Origin: Bacteroidales bacterium
GTDB taxonomy: Bacteria > Bacteroidota > Bacteroidia > Bacteroidales > UBA3663
DNA: 64,000 nucleotides
NCBI GenBank assembly: GCA_045628525.1
Contig: JAZQPJ010000034.1
Span: 4,061-68,060 of the forward strand
Reading direction: 5' to 3'
Numbering within the stretch: position 1 is the stretch's first letter; the number at the start of each line of letters is the position of its first letter. Under the pieces are notes generated by a model that did not search any database, had not been told where the DNA came from, and saw only the letters and a program-made list of their open reading frames with translations. A program made the translations under genes and the position numbers. Positions 51,004 through 60,448 of this stretch are shown here, piece by piece.

Positions 51004-53550
51004 ATGAAAAAACAACTATTCCTAACCCTCGCCGCTGGCTTCCTGCTTGCTTCGTGCAGCGGAAACAAGACTGGCGAACAGGCATTGATGCTGAATGACC
51101 TCGACTATTTCGAGGAGCAGGGCGTGAACGTGCTGGTCTATAGCAACGACTTCAACGGCGGCTTCAATGACGAGAAGAACTCGGGCATCGAGCTCATTCA
51201 CCACGGCGTTCGTACCGTGCAGGGTGGTGCCGTGCGTCTGAACAAGACCCCCGAGCAGTGGGACCTCGTTCCCAAAACCACCAACCGCGTGGTGAATCAT
51301 GAGGACAACTCCATCGAGGTGAGCCTCCGTTACGAAGACTACGATTTCGATTCGCGCGTCGTCGTTACCGGCAAGGGCAAGGCTGTGGAGATTGCCGTCT
51401 ATCTGGACAAGCCCGTGCCAGAGCAGTTGGTGGGCGATGCAGGTTTCAACCTGGAGTTCCTGCCATCGCAGTACTGGGCCAAGACCTACATGATGGATGG
51501 CCGCCTGAACCGCTTCCCACGCATCGCAGCCAGCGAGACCGTCACCCGTCCCAACTCGGAGAAAGCCAAGCAGTTCAAGGGCTTCAAGACCTACGACGAC
51601 CGCGGCACCGACCGCTTCATCGATCCGCTTCCACTCGAGACCGGCCACACCATCCTCATGGCACAGGACGCTCCTGAGCGCATGATCAAGGTCACCAGCG
51701 AGGATGCCGAACTCAAGCTCTACGACGGCCGCATGCTCGCTCAGAACGGCTGGTTTGTGCTCCGTTCTGAGCTCCCGGCAGGCAAGACCGGCAAGGTCAT
51801 CACCTGGACCCTTGAGCCAAACGCCATTCAGGGCTGGGTGCGCGAGCCGAACATCGGCTTCTCACAGGTAGGCTATCTGCCCGAGCAGCCGAAGGTGGCT
51901 GTCATCGAGCTCGACAAGGTCGATCAGCCACGCTCTACCGCCAGCGTCCATCGCGTGATGCCCGACGGCTCTGTAAAGCAGGCTTATAGCGGCAAGACCA
52001 CCACCTGGGGCCGTTACTTCAAGTATAACTATGTGAAGTTCGACTTCTCGGAGGTTACCGAGCCAGGCGTTTACTACATCCAGTATGGCGACACCAAGAC
52101 CAACAACTTCATCATCGACAAGACCGTCTATGACAAGATTACCGATGCAACCAGCGACGTCTGGATCCCAATCCACATGAACCACATGACCGTCAACGAG
52201 GGCTATCGCATCTGGCACGGCGAGCCATTCAAGGAGGGCTACCTCCAGGCTCCTGAGTCTGACCACTTCGACCTCCACTGGCAGAAGCAGTCCGACACCA
52301 AGTACAAGCCATACCAGCTCATCCCAGGCCTGAACGTAGGTGGCTTCTTCGATGCCGGCGACTACGACATCGAGACCGGTTCGAACATCTCCGTTGTGCA
52401 GAACTTCGTATCTGCCTGGGAGCTCTTCCACTCAGAGCGCGACGAGACCTTCGTCAGCCAGGAGCAGCGCTACGTTGACCTGCATCGTCCAGACGGCAAG
52501 CCAGACCTCCTGCAGTTCATCGAGCACGGCACCCTCAACCTTGTGACCCAGGCTGAGGTCATCGGCCACATGTCGCAGACCTTGTCGAACGGTGTACTCG
52601 ACAACTATCACCACCTCGGCGACATCTCGGCCATTACCGATGGTCTGCATTATGACCCATCGCTCAAGCCATACGAGAAGTCAGCCGACGGCAAGCGCAG
52701 CGGCACCAACGACGACCTCTGGGCATTCACCACACGCAATCCTCAGCTTGACTTCCGCGGCGCCACCATGCTCGCAGCTGCCAGCCGTGCGCTTGAGGGT
52801 TACAACGATGCCCTTGCCAAGCGTGCCCTCGTGCAGTCGAAGCGTCTCATGGCCGAGGCTACCGAGCTCATGAAGAAGAACGGTCGCGTGGACAACGAGC
52901 GCGACAGCCTGGCACGTGCTGGCTTCGGCAACATGGCCACCAACCTCCAGCTCTTTGCCGCCACCGGTGAGCAGCAGTACCTTGAAGCCTTCGAGGGCCA
53001 GATCTGGAAGGCTCTCGACCGCAACGTCGAAGCCTCGATCAAGGTGGCACTCGACGGCATCCCATACATGAACGATGCCTATCGCGAGAAGCTCCGTCCA
53101 TACGTCGAGAAGTTCAACGAGAGCATCAAGGCCCTTGAGGAGGACAATCCTTATGGTGTGCCCATCGGCCTCGGCAACTGGGCAGGCAGCACACAGGTTG
53201 CCACCTGGGGTACCACCGTCTGCTTCGCTTCGAAGTATTATCCTGACATTGTGAGCAAGAACGAGGCCTACAAGGCTGCAGCCTGGATCTTCGGCTGTCA
53301 CCCATATCACAACTACTCACTCGTTGCCGCCGTGGGTGCAGCCCGTCCAAAGGCTGTATTCTATGGCAACAACCGCGCCGACTTCTCGTTCATTCCAGGC
53401 AACATGGCACCAGGCCTCCTGTTCCGCAAGCCTGACCACTTCGAGAACTACGACGATTGGCCGTTCCTTTGGGGTCAGAACGAGGGCACCATCGCTGGCA
53501 ATACCCTCTACCTGATCTTCGGTTCTGCTTTCAAGGACCTTGAGAAGTAA
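51004..53550 (+). CDS. Glycoside hydrolase family 9 lipoprotein (N-terminal Ig-like domain + GH9 catalytic domain)
   Basis: Lipobox LLASCSG and the GH9 signature GGFFDAGDYD. The start was set at MKKQLF. Confidence 0.85.
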   Translation: MKKQLFLTLAAGFLLASCSGNKTGEQALMLNDLDYFEEQGVNVLVYSNDFNGGFNDEKNSGIELIHHGVRTVQGGAVRLNKTPEQWDLVPKTTNRVVNHEDNSIEVSLRYEDYDFDSRVVVTGKGKAVEIAVYLDKPVPEQLVGDAGFNLEFLPSQYWAKTYMMDGRLNRFPRIAASETVTRPNSEKAKQFKGFKTYDDRGTDRFIDPLPLETGHTILMAQDAPERMIKVTSEDAELKLYDGRMLAQNGWFVLRSELPAGKTGKVITWTLEPNAIQGWVREPNIGFSQVGYLPEQPKVAVIELDKVDQPRSTASVHRVMPDGSVKQAYSGKTTTWGRYFKYNYVKFDFSEVTEPGVYYIQYGDTKTNNFIIDKTVYDKITDATSDVWIPIHMNHMTVNEGYRIWHGEPFKEGYLQAPESDHFDLHWQKQSDTKYKPYQLIPGLNVGGFFDAGDYDIETGSNISVVQNFVSAWELFHSERDETFVSQEQRYVDLHRPDGKPDLLQFIEHGTLNLVTQAEVIGHMSQTLSNGVLDNYHHLGDISAITDGLHYDPSLKPYEKSADGKRSGTNDDLWAFTTRNPQLDFRGATMLAAASRALEGYNDALAKRALVQSKRLMAEATELMKKNGRVDNERDSLARAGFGNMATNLQLFAATGEQQYLEAFEGQIWKALDRNVEASIKVALDGIPYMNDAYREKLRPYVEKFNESIKALEEDNPYGVPIGLGNWAGSTQVATWGTTVCFASKYYPDIVSKNEAYKAAAWIFGCHPYHNYSLVAAVGAARPKAVFYGNNRADFSFIPGNMAPGLLFRKPDHFENYDDWPFLWGQNEGTIAGNTLYLIFGSAFKDLEK

Positions 53551-53611
53551 TTTGCACCTTTGCTGAAAGTCAAAGAGTTGCAAAAACATTTGTTGCAATC
53601 AAAAAATATTT

Positions 53612-53640
53612 GCGCCCGGCACAAAAAATGTGTCGGGCGC
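53612..53640 (+). terminator. Hairpin terminator after the GH9 gene
   Basis: GCGCCCGGCACA-AAAAA-TGTGTCGGGCGC (one G-U pair), followed by GTTTCGTT. Confidence 0.6.
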
Positions 53641-53652
53641 GTTTCGTTCAGT

Positions 53653-54090
53653 AGCGGTGGCATGTCGAAAGAGATGGAAAAAGCGCTGAAAATGTGCTGA
53701 AAGTTCGCAAATCCATTAGGAATGCCTCTGCAAGTGTGCGGAAGGGCGGAAAATGATTTTTTGCGGCTCAGCAGATCTGCGGAGGGTTTCCAAAAGTTTT
53801 TTTTGCGGCTCCGCACGTTTGCGAAAGCTCTACAAAAAGTTTTTCTGTGACTCTGCAAATCTGCGGAAGCTCTCCAAAAGTTTTTCCAAGGCTCAGCAAA
53901 CTGTCGGAGCTCAGAAAATGTTTTAGCGAAGGTTTTGCAGGTTTGCAGAGGCATTCCTAAAGATTTTGTGTCCGCTCCGCATGTTTGCATCACCTTTTCG
54001 ATGCGATTTGCAGATTCAGTGCGAGCTCGCATCACCTTTTCGATGCGATTTGCAGATTCAATGCAAGTTCGCGTCACTTTTCCTGATGCT
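53653..54090. repeat. Degenerate tandem array of about 10 units holding a 40-42-bp register; the last 2.5 units are near-identical (GCATCACCTTTTCGATGCGATTTGCAGATTCARTGCRAGYTC)
   Basis: Unit anchors at 53695, 53737, 53778, 53820, 53862, 53904, 53944 and 53986/53987, then 54029 and 54071. The final unit runs into the 3' end of the DUF2851 gene. Confidence 0.8.
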
Positions 54091-55387
54091 TGATGAGCCA
54101 GCAGCCAAGTCGGCAATGGAGGCATTTATGAGGCTGGCAATAGTTTTGCGACAGGTGGAGGAGTGCCTGCGTGTCGAGGGCCGACCGTGCAGGGATGCCG
54201 GCCTCAATCCATTGGGTAATGAAGCGGTTCGATTCGGCTGGGAGCTGTTCGAGCAGGGCGAGCGCCTGTTCTGCACGTTCGTCGTCGCCCTGCCAGCGGT
54301 GGTAGGAGAGGAGCGTAGGCACGACGGCGTTGATCAGCACGATCTGGACCGTCTGCTTGCCGATGCCCTTGACCGAGAAGATGCGTTGCAGCTCGTCGAG
54401 CGACTTGGCTTCGAGCGTCTCGCTCAGCAGGTTGGGATGCGTCCAGATGAGGGCGGCAAACGCATCGAGTCGGCATTGTGGCGTGGCTTGTGGACGCAGT
54501 CGGCTCATGCGCCAGGCTGTCGGGTCGATGGGTGTGAGGCTGAATTTGTTGCGAAGGAAGTTGTATTCCTGCTCCAGTTGTCGGCCTTCGGGGGTGGTGA
54601 AGTCGATGAGCCCTGCCTGACCGAGCAGCATGGCGCGCAGCTGGAAGAGGTTGTCGCGATGGTGCAGCAGGCAGCTGTATGGGAGGCTGCGGGCAAGGCG
54701 CTCCATGGCATCGCTGTTGGTGCCCGAGCCGAGGCTACGGAGCAGGATGGTGTAGAAGGCCTCTTCCCACGACTTCATGTCGGTCTGAACCACCTGTTGC
54801 ACACGTTGCATCTTGCCCAACATGCGCTGGATGGCCAGGGCGTTGATCCAGTCGTGCAGGACGATGGCGGGAACCTCGGTGACGCGTGGGCGGCAGTACA
54901 GGAGGGAGCCCGGAGTGAAGGGGGAGGGGTTGCCGGGAATCAGGGGCTTCGTAGCAGATGCCGGCGAAACTGCGTCAACGGAGACAGACTCTGGTGAAAG
55001 AGGGTCAACAGCCGAGGTGCCGGCAGGGACGCAGAGCGCATAGTAGCGGCGCATCACGTCGTTGGGAATGTGCATCACCACGGTCTTGAGTTCGGTGCCA
55101 TCGTGCAGGTGGATCTGCGCATCGGCCTGAAGCACGACGTGGAGGATCACGGAATCGTAGGCGCGGTTGTCCTGATGATGGTGGCGGTACCAGTCGGAAG
55201 CCTTGACGTGCATCTCCACGTTGCCCGCCCAGGTCACGCCGTCGTAGCGCACCTTGGCGTTGAAGAAGTCAGGGCCGACCTCATGGTTGCGAAGGCCGGG
55301 ATGAATGACCTCGAGCGGCTGTCCGTCGAGTGTCACGATGCTATTGAACAGGCGTTGCTGCCACACGAAATACATGAGCTCCTCCAT
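54074..55387 (-). CDS. DUF2851-family protein
   Basis: Starts MEELMYFVWQQRLF... and has HPGLRN..GPDF and VEMHVKASDWYRHHH. The start was set at ATG 55387 downstream of a -7 box. Confidence 0.8.
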   Translation of the reverse strand: MEELMYFVWQQRLFNSIVTLDGQPLEVIHPGLRNHEVGPDFFNAKVRYDGVTWAGNVEMHVKASDWYRHHHQDNRAYDSVILHVVLQADAQIHLHDGTELKTVVMHIPNDVMRRYYALCVPAGTSAVDPLSPESVSVDAVSPASATKPLIPGNPSPFTPGSLLYCRPRVTEVPAIVLHDWINALAIQRMLGKMQRVQQVVQTDMKSWEEAFYTILLRSLGSGTNSDAMERLARSLPYSCLLHHRDNLFQLRAMLLGQAGLIDFTTPEGRQLEQEYNFLRNKFSLTPIDPTAWRMSRLRPQATPQCRLDAFAALIWTHPNLLSETLEAKSLDELQRIFSVKGIGKQTVQIVLINAVVPTLLSYHRWQGDDERAEQALALLEQLPAESNRFITQWIEAGIPARSALDTQALLHLSQNYCQPHKCLHCRLGCWLIKHQEK

Positions 55388-55469
55388 GCTGTTTCTGGTG
55401 CTTGTGATGTTGGTTTCGACTGCTCCATTCCTTGCCATTTTGCGCAAAAAACGGAGCATTAGGATGGGG

Positions 55470-55477
55470 CAAAGATA
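55470..55477 (-). promoter_or_regulatory. -7 promoter box (TATCTTTG) for the DUF2851 gene
   Basis: Matches TAnnTTTG about 83 nt upstream of ATG 55387. Confidence 0.4.
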
Positions 55478-55582
55478 TGGAAAAAATCATAAATAGCATA
55501 TACGTTGTGCAAAAAATGAGAAAAATAGGGGGCAAAAAAGACAAAAATAATAAAATGTGTGGGAAATGTCGAAAAAAATCCG

Positions 55583-55590
55583 TATCTTTG
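55583..55590 (+). promoter_or_regulatory. -7 promoter box (TATCTTTG) for dapB-lepB
   Basis: Matches TAnnTTTG about 27 nt upstream of ATG 55617. Confidence 0.5.
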
Positions 55591-55616
55591 CGCCAAATTG
55601 TATATTATAATTTAAT

Positions 55617-56405
55617 ATGAAGATAGCATTGATCGGATATGGCAAGATGGGCCATATCATCGAAGAGATAGCATTGAGCCGCGGCCACGAGGTGGTGTGC
55701 ACCATCGACGTGAACAACCTGGAGGACTTCGAGAGCGAAGCCTTCAGGAGTGCCGATGTGGCCATTGAGTTCACCACCCCAAAGACCACACGCGGCAATA
55801 TGGCCAAGTGCCTCAAGGCCGGCGTTCCTGTCGTGGTCGGCTCGACCGGTTGGTATGACCAGCTCGACGAGGTGAAGGCCGAGGTGGCAGCGGCTGACGG
55901 CTCGCTGTTCTGGGCGTCGAACTTCTCGATCGGCGTGAATGTGTTCGTGGCCATGCAGAAGTACATTGCCCGCATCATGAATCAGTACCCACAGTACGAC
56001 GTGACGATGGAGGAGGTGCACCACATCCACAAGCTCGATTCGCCATCGGGCACCGCCATCACCATTGCCAATGCCATCACCGACAACCTGGAGCGCAAGC
56101 AGACCTGGAAGGAGACCGCCTGCATCTGGCAGCATGAGGACGAGAGCGTGGACGTGGCCCGCAATGCTGAGGTCGGCACCCAATTCGCAGCCCACAAGCC
56201 TGAGGAGCTCGAAGTGGTGGCCAAGCGTCGTGGCGAGGTGCCAGGCATCCACACCGTGGTTTACGACAGCGAGGTGGACACCATCACGATGACCCATTCG
56301 GCCAAGAGCCGCCGTGGCTTTGCCCTCGGAGCCGTAGTGGCTGCCGAGTGGATGGGCGATGGCAAGAAGGGTGTTTATACGATGACTGACTTGATGAAAT
56401 TCTAA
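55617..56405 (+). CDS. dapB: 4-hydroxy-tetrahydrodipicolinate reductase
   Basis: MKIALIGYGKMG Rossmann start and EEVHHIHKLDSPSGTA (the E.HH..K.D.PSGTA motif). Confidence 0.95.
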   Translation: MKIALIGYGKMGHIIEEIALSRGHEVVCTIDVNNLEDFESEAFRSADVAIEFTTPKTTRGNMAKCLKAGVPVVVGSTGWYDQLDEVKAEVAAADGSLFWASNFSIGVNVFVAMQKYIARIMNQYPQYDVTMEEVHHIHKLDSPSGTAITIANAITDNLERKQTWKETACIWQHEDESVDVARNAEVGTQFAAHKPEELEVVAKRRGEVPGIHTVVYDSEVDTITMTHSAKSRRGFALGAVVAAEWMGDGKKGVYTMTDLMKF

Positions 56406-56408
56406 AAG

Positions 56409-57881
56409 ATGGGAAATAAAGAGCGCGGCTTCGGCCGCAAGATGACGACAGGCGACAAGGTGAAGCTCGCGATCTGGGTGGTGCTGATCATCCTGTTTGG
56501 TGTGTGGATGGCATCGTGGATTCCATTCCTGGCCATCCTCTATGTGCTGGACCTCTACTGGTGGCATTTCATCAACTGGGATTGGTGGAAGGACATCAAG
56601 AACAGCCTGCTGCGTAATGTAATGTCATGGGTGGATGCCATCGTGTTCGCCCTCTGCGCCGTATGGGTACTGCAGAACTTCTTCTTCCAGAACTTCCAGA
56701 TCCCTACCACATCGCTCGAGAAGACGATGCTGGCAGGTGACTATCTGCTGGTGTCGAAGTATCACTATGGACCTCGTGTGCCGATGACTCCGCTGTCGTT
56801 GCCCTTGTTCCAGCATTCGATCACCATCGGCAGCAAGAACCTGGGCAAGTCGTACATCGAGAAGCCGCAGGTGAACTACCGCCGCATGCCGGGCCTGACC
56901 GATATGGAGCGCTACGACATCGTGGTGTTTAACTATCCGAATGGCGACACCGTGTGCACCAAGTGCGAAAATCCGGATTACTACTCGCTGTGCAAGGCAT
57001 ACGGCCGCGAGCGAGTGTGGAACGACAAGAAGAACTTCGGCGACGTGGTGTATCGCCCTGTGGATCGCCGCGAGAACTATGTGAAGCGTCTGGTAGGCAT
57101 GCCAGGCGAAACACTCCAGATCATTGATCGCCAGGTGATGATCGACGGCAAGAAGCTGGAAGATCCAAAATACCTGCAGCATCGTTATCTGGTGCTGGGC
57201 AAGGGTCCGATCACCGAGACCTACTGGCGCAAGGAGCTGGGCGTCTATACCAAGGGCAATGGCGCGACGCTGGATCGTGACGTGGAACTGGTGCAGGATG
57301 CTTCGCTCTATGAACACCTCGGCATCGAACCCGACAGCGTGACCAAGATACTGCCTCCGCTCTACATGGCCAACATGACCCGTGAGATGGTGGAGAAGCT
57401 GGAGAAGAGCGGCAAGGTGCAATGGGTGCAGGACTATTCGAATGTGTTTGTTGACACTCCGGGTGTCGTCTATCCACAGAACGAGCTGTCTGATTGGACA
57501 TCGACCAACTTCGGCCCGCTCTGGATACCCAAGCGTGGCGCATCGATCAAGCTGACCGACGACAATGTGATGCTCTACGGCCGCTGCATCCGCTCGTATG
57601 AGCAGAACCTCAAGACCGGCAAGGGCCAGGGCAACGAGCTGGTGCGCGTGGCAAAGGACAAATACGAGCTGAACGGCGAGCCTGCTGCAGAATATACCTT
57701 CCAGATGGATTACTTCTGGATGATGGGCGACAACCGCGACAATTCGCTCGACTCGCGCTTCTGGGGCTTTGTGCCTGAGGATCATATCGTGGGCACTCCG
57801 CTCTTCGTGTGGTTCTCAATCAACCAGGAGACGGGCGAGTGGAGGTCGGATCGATGGTTCAAGCAGGTCAAGGGACTGTAA
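56409..57881 (+). CDS. lepB: Signal peptidase I (long Bacteroidetes form)
   Basis: The SLEKTMLAGD serine box and GDNRDNSLDSRFWGFV box E. Confidence 0.9.
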   Translation: MGNKERGFGRKMTTGDKVKLAIWVVLIILFGVWMASWIPFLAILYVLDLYWWHFINWDWWKDIKNSLLRNVMSWVDAIVFALCAVWVLQNFFFQNFQIPTTSLEKTMLAGDYLLVSKYHYGPRVPMTPLSLPLFQHSITIGSKNLGKSYIEKPQVNYRRMPGLTDMERYDIVVFNYPNGDTVCTKCENPDYYSLCKAYGRERVWNDKKNFGDVVYRPVDRRENYVKRLVGMPGETLQIIDRQVMIDGKKLEDPKYLQHRYLVLGKGPITETYWRKELGVYTKGNGATLDRDVELVQDASLYEHLGIEPDSVTKILPPLYMANMTREMVEKLEKSGKVQWVQDYSNVFVDTPGVVYPQNELSDWTSTNFGPLWIPKRGASIKLTDDNVMLYGRCIRSYEQNLKTGKGQGNELVRVAKDKYELNGEPAAEYTFQMDYFWMMGDNRDNSLDSRFWGFVPEDHIVGTPLFVWFSINQETGEWRSDRWFKQVKGL

Positions 57882-57915
57882 TTCTAGATAATTACGTAAT
57901 CTGTAATTTGAAATC
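57878..57915. repeat. Heptamer-repeat element in the wbqC leader
   Basis: GTAATTCTAGATAATTACGTAATCTGTAATTTGAAATC. Positions 57896-57913 are identical to the nptA leader 18-mer. Confidence 0.8.
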
Positions 57916-57921
57916 AACAAT

Positions 57922-58521
57922 ATGGTCGTATTGCCGGTAGCATACTTTGCGCCAATATCATACTATGCAACGATGTTTCAGTCGCCCGAAGTGGTGATTG
58001 AGGCACAGGAGCATTATGTGAAGCAGAGCATTCGCAACCGCTGCGTGATCGGAACAAACCAAGGGCCGCAGACATTGAGCTACAGCGTGCAGAAGGGTAA
58101 CAAGCTGAAGATGCCAATCCGCGAGGTGCTGCTGAGCGACCACGGCAACTGGATGCACCAGCATCTGTATTCGCTGGCCACTTATTACGGCAACTCGCCA
58201 TTCTATGAATACTACATCGACGAACTGCGCGAGGTGATGCAGCATGGACATGACGGCACGCTCTTCGGATTCAACGAAGCCCTGCGCCGCAAGGTGTGTG
58301 AACTGATCGGCTTTGAGCCCAACGTGCGCTATAGTGAACAGTGGATGGGAGGCGTGGATGCCGATATCACCGAGGGTGTCACCATCGACACAACCCCTTA
58401 CTATCAGGTGGCGACCGTAGGCACCAGACAGCCTTTCATGGCCAACCTGTGCATTTTGGACTTGCTCTTCAATATGGGAAATGAGAGCATCCTCTATCTA
58501 AATCAATGGAACAGAGACTGA
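57922..58521 (+). CDS. WbqC-family protein
   Basis: 199 aa with the N-terminal YFAPISYY... and KQSIRNRC motifs typical of the WbqC-like family. Confidence 0.8.
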   Translation: MVVLPVAYFAPISYYATMFQSPEVVIEAQEHYVKQSIRNRCVIGTNQGPQTLSYSVQKGNKLKMPIREVLLSDHGNWMHQHLYSLATYYGNSPFYEYYIDELREVMQHGHDGTLFGFNEALRRKVCELIGFEPNVRYSEQWMGGVDADITEGVTIDTTPYYQVATVGTRQPFMANLCILDLLFNMGNESILYLNQWNRD

Positions 58522-60410
58522 CAGATATATTAGAAAAGATAGGATATCCATCCGACCTGCGCAAGTTGCCTGTTGACAGCTTGCCGGACGTATGTGAAGC
58601 CATCCGCCACTTCATCATCGAGCAGGTGAGTGTCCATCCCGGCCATTTTGCTTCGAGCCTCGGTGCTGTGGAACTGACGGTGGCGTTGCATTATGTTTAC
58701 AACACACCCGATGACCGTCTGGTGTGGGACGTGGGTCATCAGGCCTATCCGCACAAGGTGCTTACCGGCCGTCGCGAACAGTTCCACACCTTGCGACAGA
58801 TGGGCGGACTGAGCGGATTCCCCACTCCGAGCGAGAGCGAATACGACACCTTCAGCGCCGGACATGCCAGCAACAGTATCAGCGCGGCATTGGGCATGGC
58901 TGTGGCCAACAAGCTGCAGGGCAATGACCGCAAGGTGGTGGCTATCATAGGCGATGCTTCGATCAGCGGCGGCATGGCATTTGAGGGTTTGAACAACGCT
59001 TCGTCAAACCCCAACGACCTGCTGATAGTGCTCAACGACAACCAGATGGCCATCGACCCCAATGTGGGTGGCCTCTATCACTATCTGACACGCATCACGA
59101 CAAGCCAGCGCTACAACCTGCTGCGATATAAGGCTTACAACGCGTTGAAGCGCCATAAGCTGGTGGGCGACAAGTTCCGCCGCACGGTGATCCGCTTCAA
59201 CAATGCAATCAAGTCGCTGGTGAGCCATCGGCAGAACATCTTCGAGGGACTCGACATCCGCTACTTCGGTCCTGTGGACGGCCACAATGTCATCTCGCTG
59301 GTCCGAACCTTGCGTAAGATCAAGGATCTGCAGGGACCCAAGATGCTGCACGTGTGCACAATCAAGGGCAAAGGCTTTGCGCCGGCAGAGGAATCAGCCA
59401 CCATCTGGCACGCACCAGGCAAGTTCAATCCTGAGACGGGCGAGCGCATCAAGGAGAACACCGTGGGCAAGGCTCCGAAGTTTCAAGACGTCTTTGGTAA
59501 GACATTGGTGGAACTGGCCGAGCAGGACGAGCGCATCGTGGGCATTACGCCCGCCATGCCGACAGGTTGCTCTATGACCTATATGATGGAGCGCTTCCCC
59601 AATCGCTCGTTTGACGTGGGCATCGCCGAAGAGCATGCCGTGACGTTCAGCGGCGGTTTGGCCAAGGAGGGACACATCCCGTTCTGCAACATCTATTCTG
59701 CCTTCATGCAACGTGCCATGGATCAGGTGATCAACGATGTGGCCCTGACGCGACTTCATGTAGTCTTCTGCCTGGATCGAGCCGGCATCGTGGGTGCCGA
59801 TGGTGCCACGCATCATGGTGTGTTCGATATCGCTTATTTCCGTGCCATTCCCGGCATGACCGTCTGCTCGCCCATCAACGAGCATTGGCTGCGCAAGCTG
59901 ATGTTTACGGCCTCACAACCAGCCTCTGGCCCCTGGGTGATACGTTATCCTCGCGGCACGGGCAGCATCGGAGGTCTGGATGCCGAGGGGCAGCCCTTGT
60001 GGCAATGTCCGTTGGAGGAGGTGCCCGTTGGCAAGGGATATTGTCTGCGCGAAGGACATGGCGATACTGCCATCCTCTCATTTGGCCCCATCGGCATCGA
60101 GGCAGCCAAGGCCATCGAACAGAGTGGCAAGGATGTGGCACATTATGATATGGTGTTCTGCAAGCCGCTCGACAAGGAGCTTCTGGCCGATATCTTCGCA
60201 CGCTTTGCTCGCATCATCACCGTGGAAGATGGTGTTGTCAACGGAGGTTTCGGTTCGGCTGTGCTCGAAGAGGCCAATGTGCGCGGCTATCAGGGCAAGA
60301 TCATCCGCCTGGGTACGCCTGACGAGTTTGTGACTCATGGCAGCGTGAAGGAACTTCATGCCCTGTGTGGCATCGATGCTGTTTCAATCGCTAAGGTTCT
60401 GACAGAGTAA
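58506..60410 (+). CDS. dxs: 1-deoxy-D-xylulose-5-phosphate synthase
   Basis: [13 protein letters not shown] and the TPP motif [17 protein letters not shown]. It overlaps wbqC by 16 nt. Confidence 0.95.
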   Translation: MEQRLTDILEKIGYPSDLRKLPVDSLPDVCEAIRHFIIEQVSVHPGHFASSLGAVELTVALHYVYNTPDDRLVWDVGHQAYPHKVLTGRREQFHTLRQMGGLSGFPTPSESEYDTFSAGHASNSISAALGMAVANKLQGNDRKVVAIIGDASISGGMAFEGLNNASSNPNDLLIVLNDNQMAIDPNVGGLYHYLTRITTSQRYNLLRYKAYNALKRHKLVGDKFRRTVIRFNNAIKSLVSHRQNIFEGLDIRYFGPVDGHNVISLVRTLRKIKDLQGPKMLHVCTIKGKGFAPAEESATIWHAPGKFNPETGERIKENTVGKAPKFQDVFGKTLVELAEQDERIVGITPAMPTGCSMTYMMERFPNRSFDVGIAEEHAVTFSGGLAKEGHIPFCNIYSAFMQRAMDQVINDVALTRLHVVFCLDRAGIVGADGATHHGVFDIAYFRAIPGMTVCSPINEHWLRKLMFTASQPASGPWVIRYPRGTGSIGGLDAEGQPLWQCPLEEVPVGKGYCLREGHGDTAILSFGPIGIEAAKAIEQSGKDVAHYDMVFCKPLDKELLADIFARFARIITVEDGVVNGGFGSAVLEEANVRGYQGKIIRLGTPDEFVTHGSVKELHALCGIDAVSIAKVLTE

Positions 60411-60448
60411 CATCTCTATCACTCCCTTTTCACTCCTTATTTAATAAT

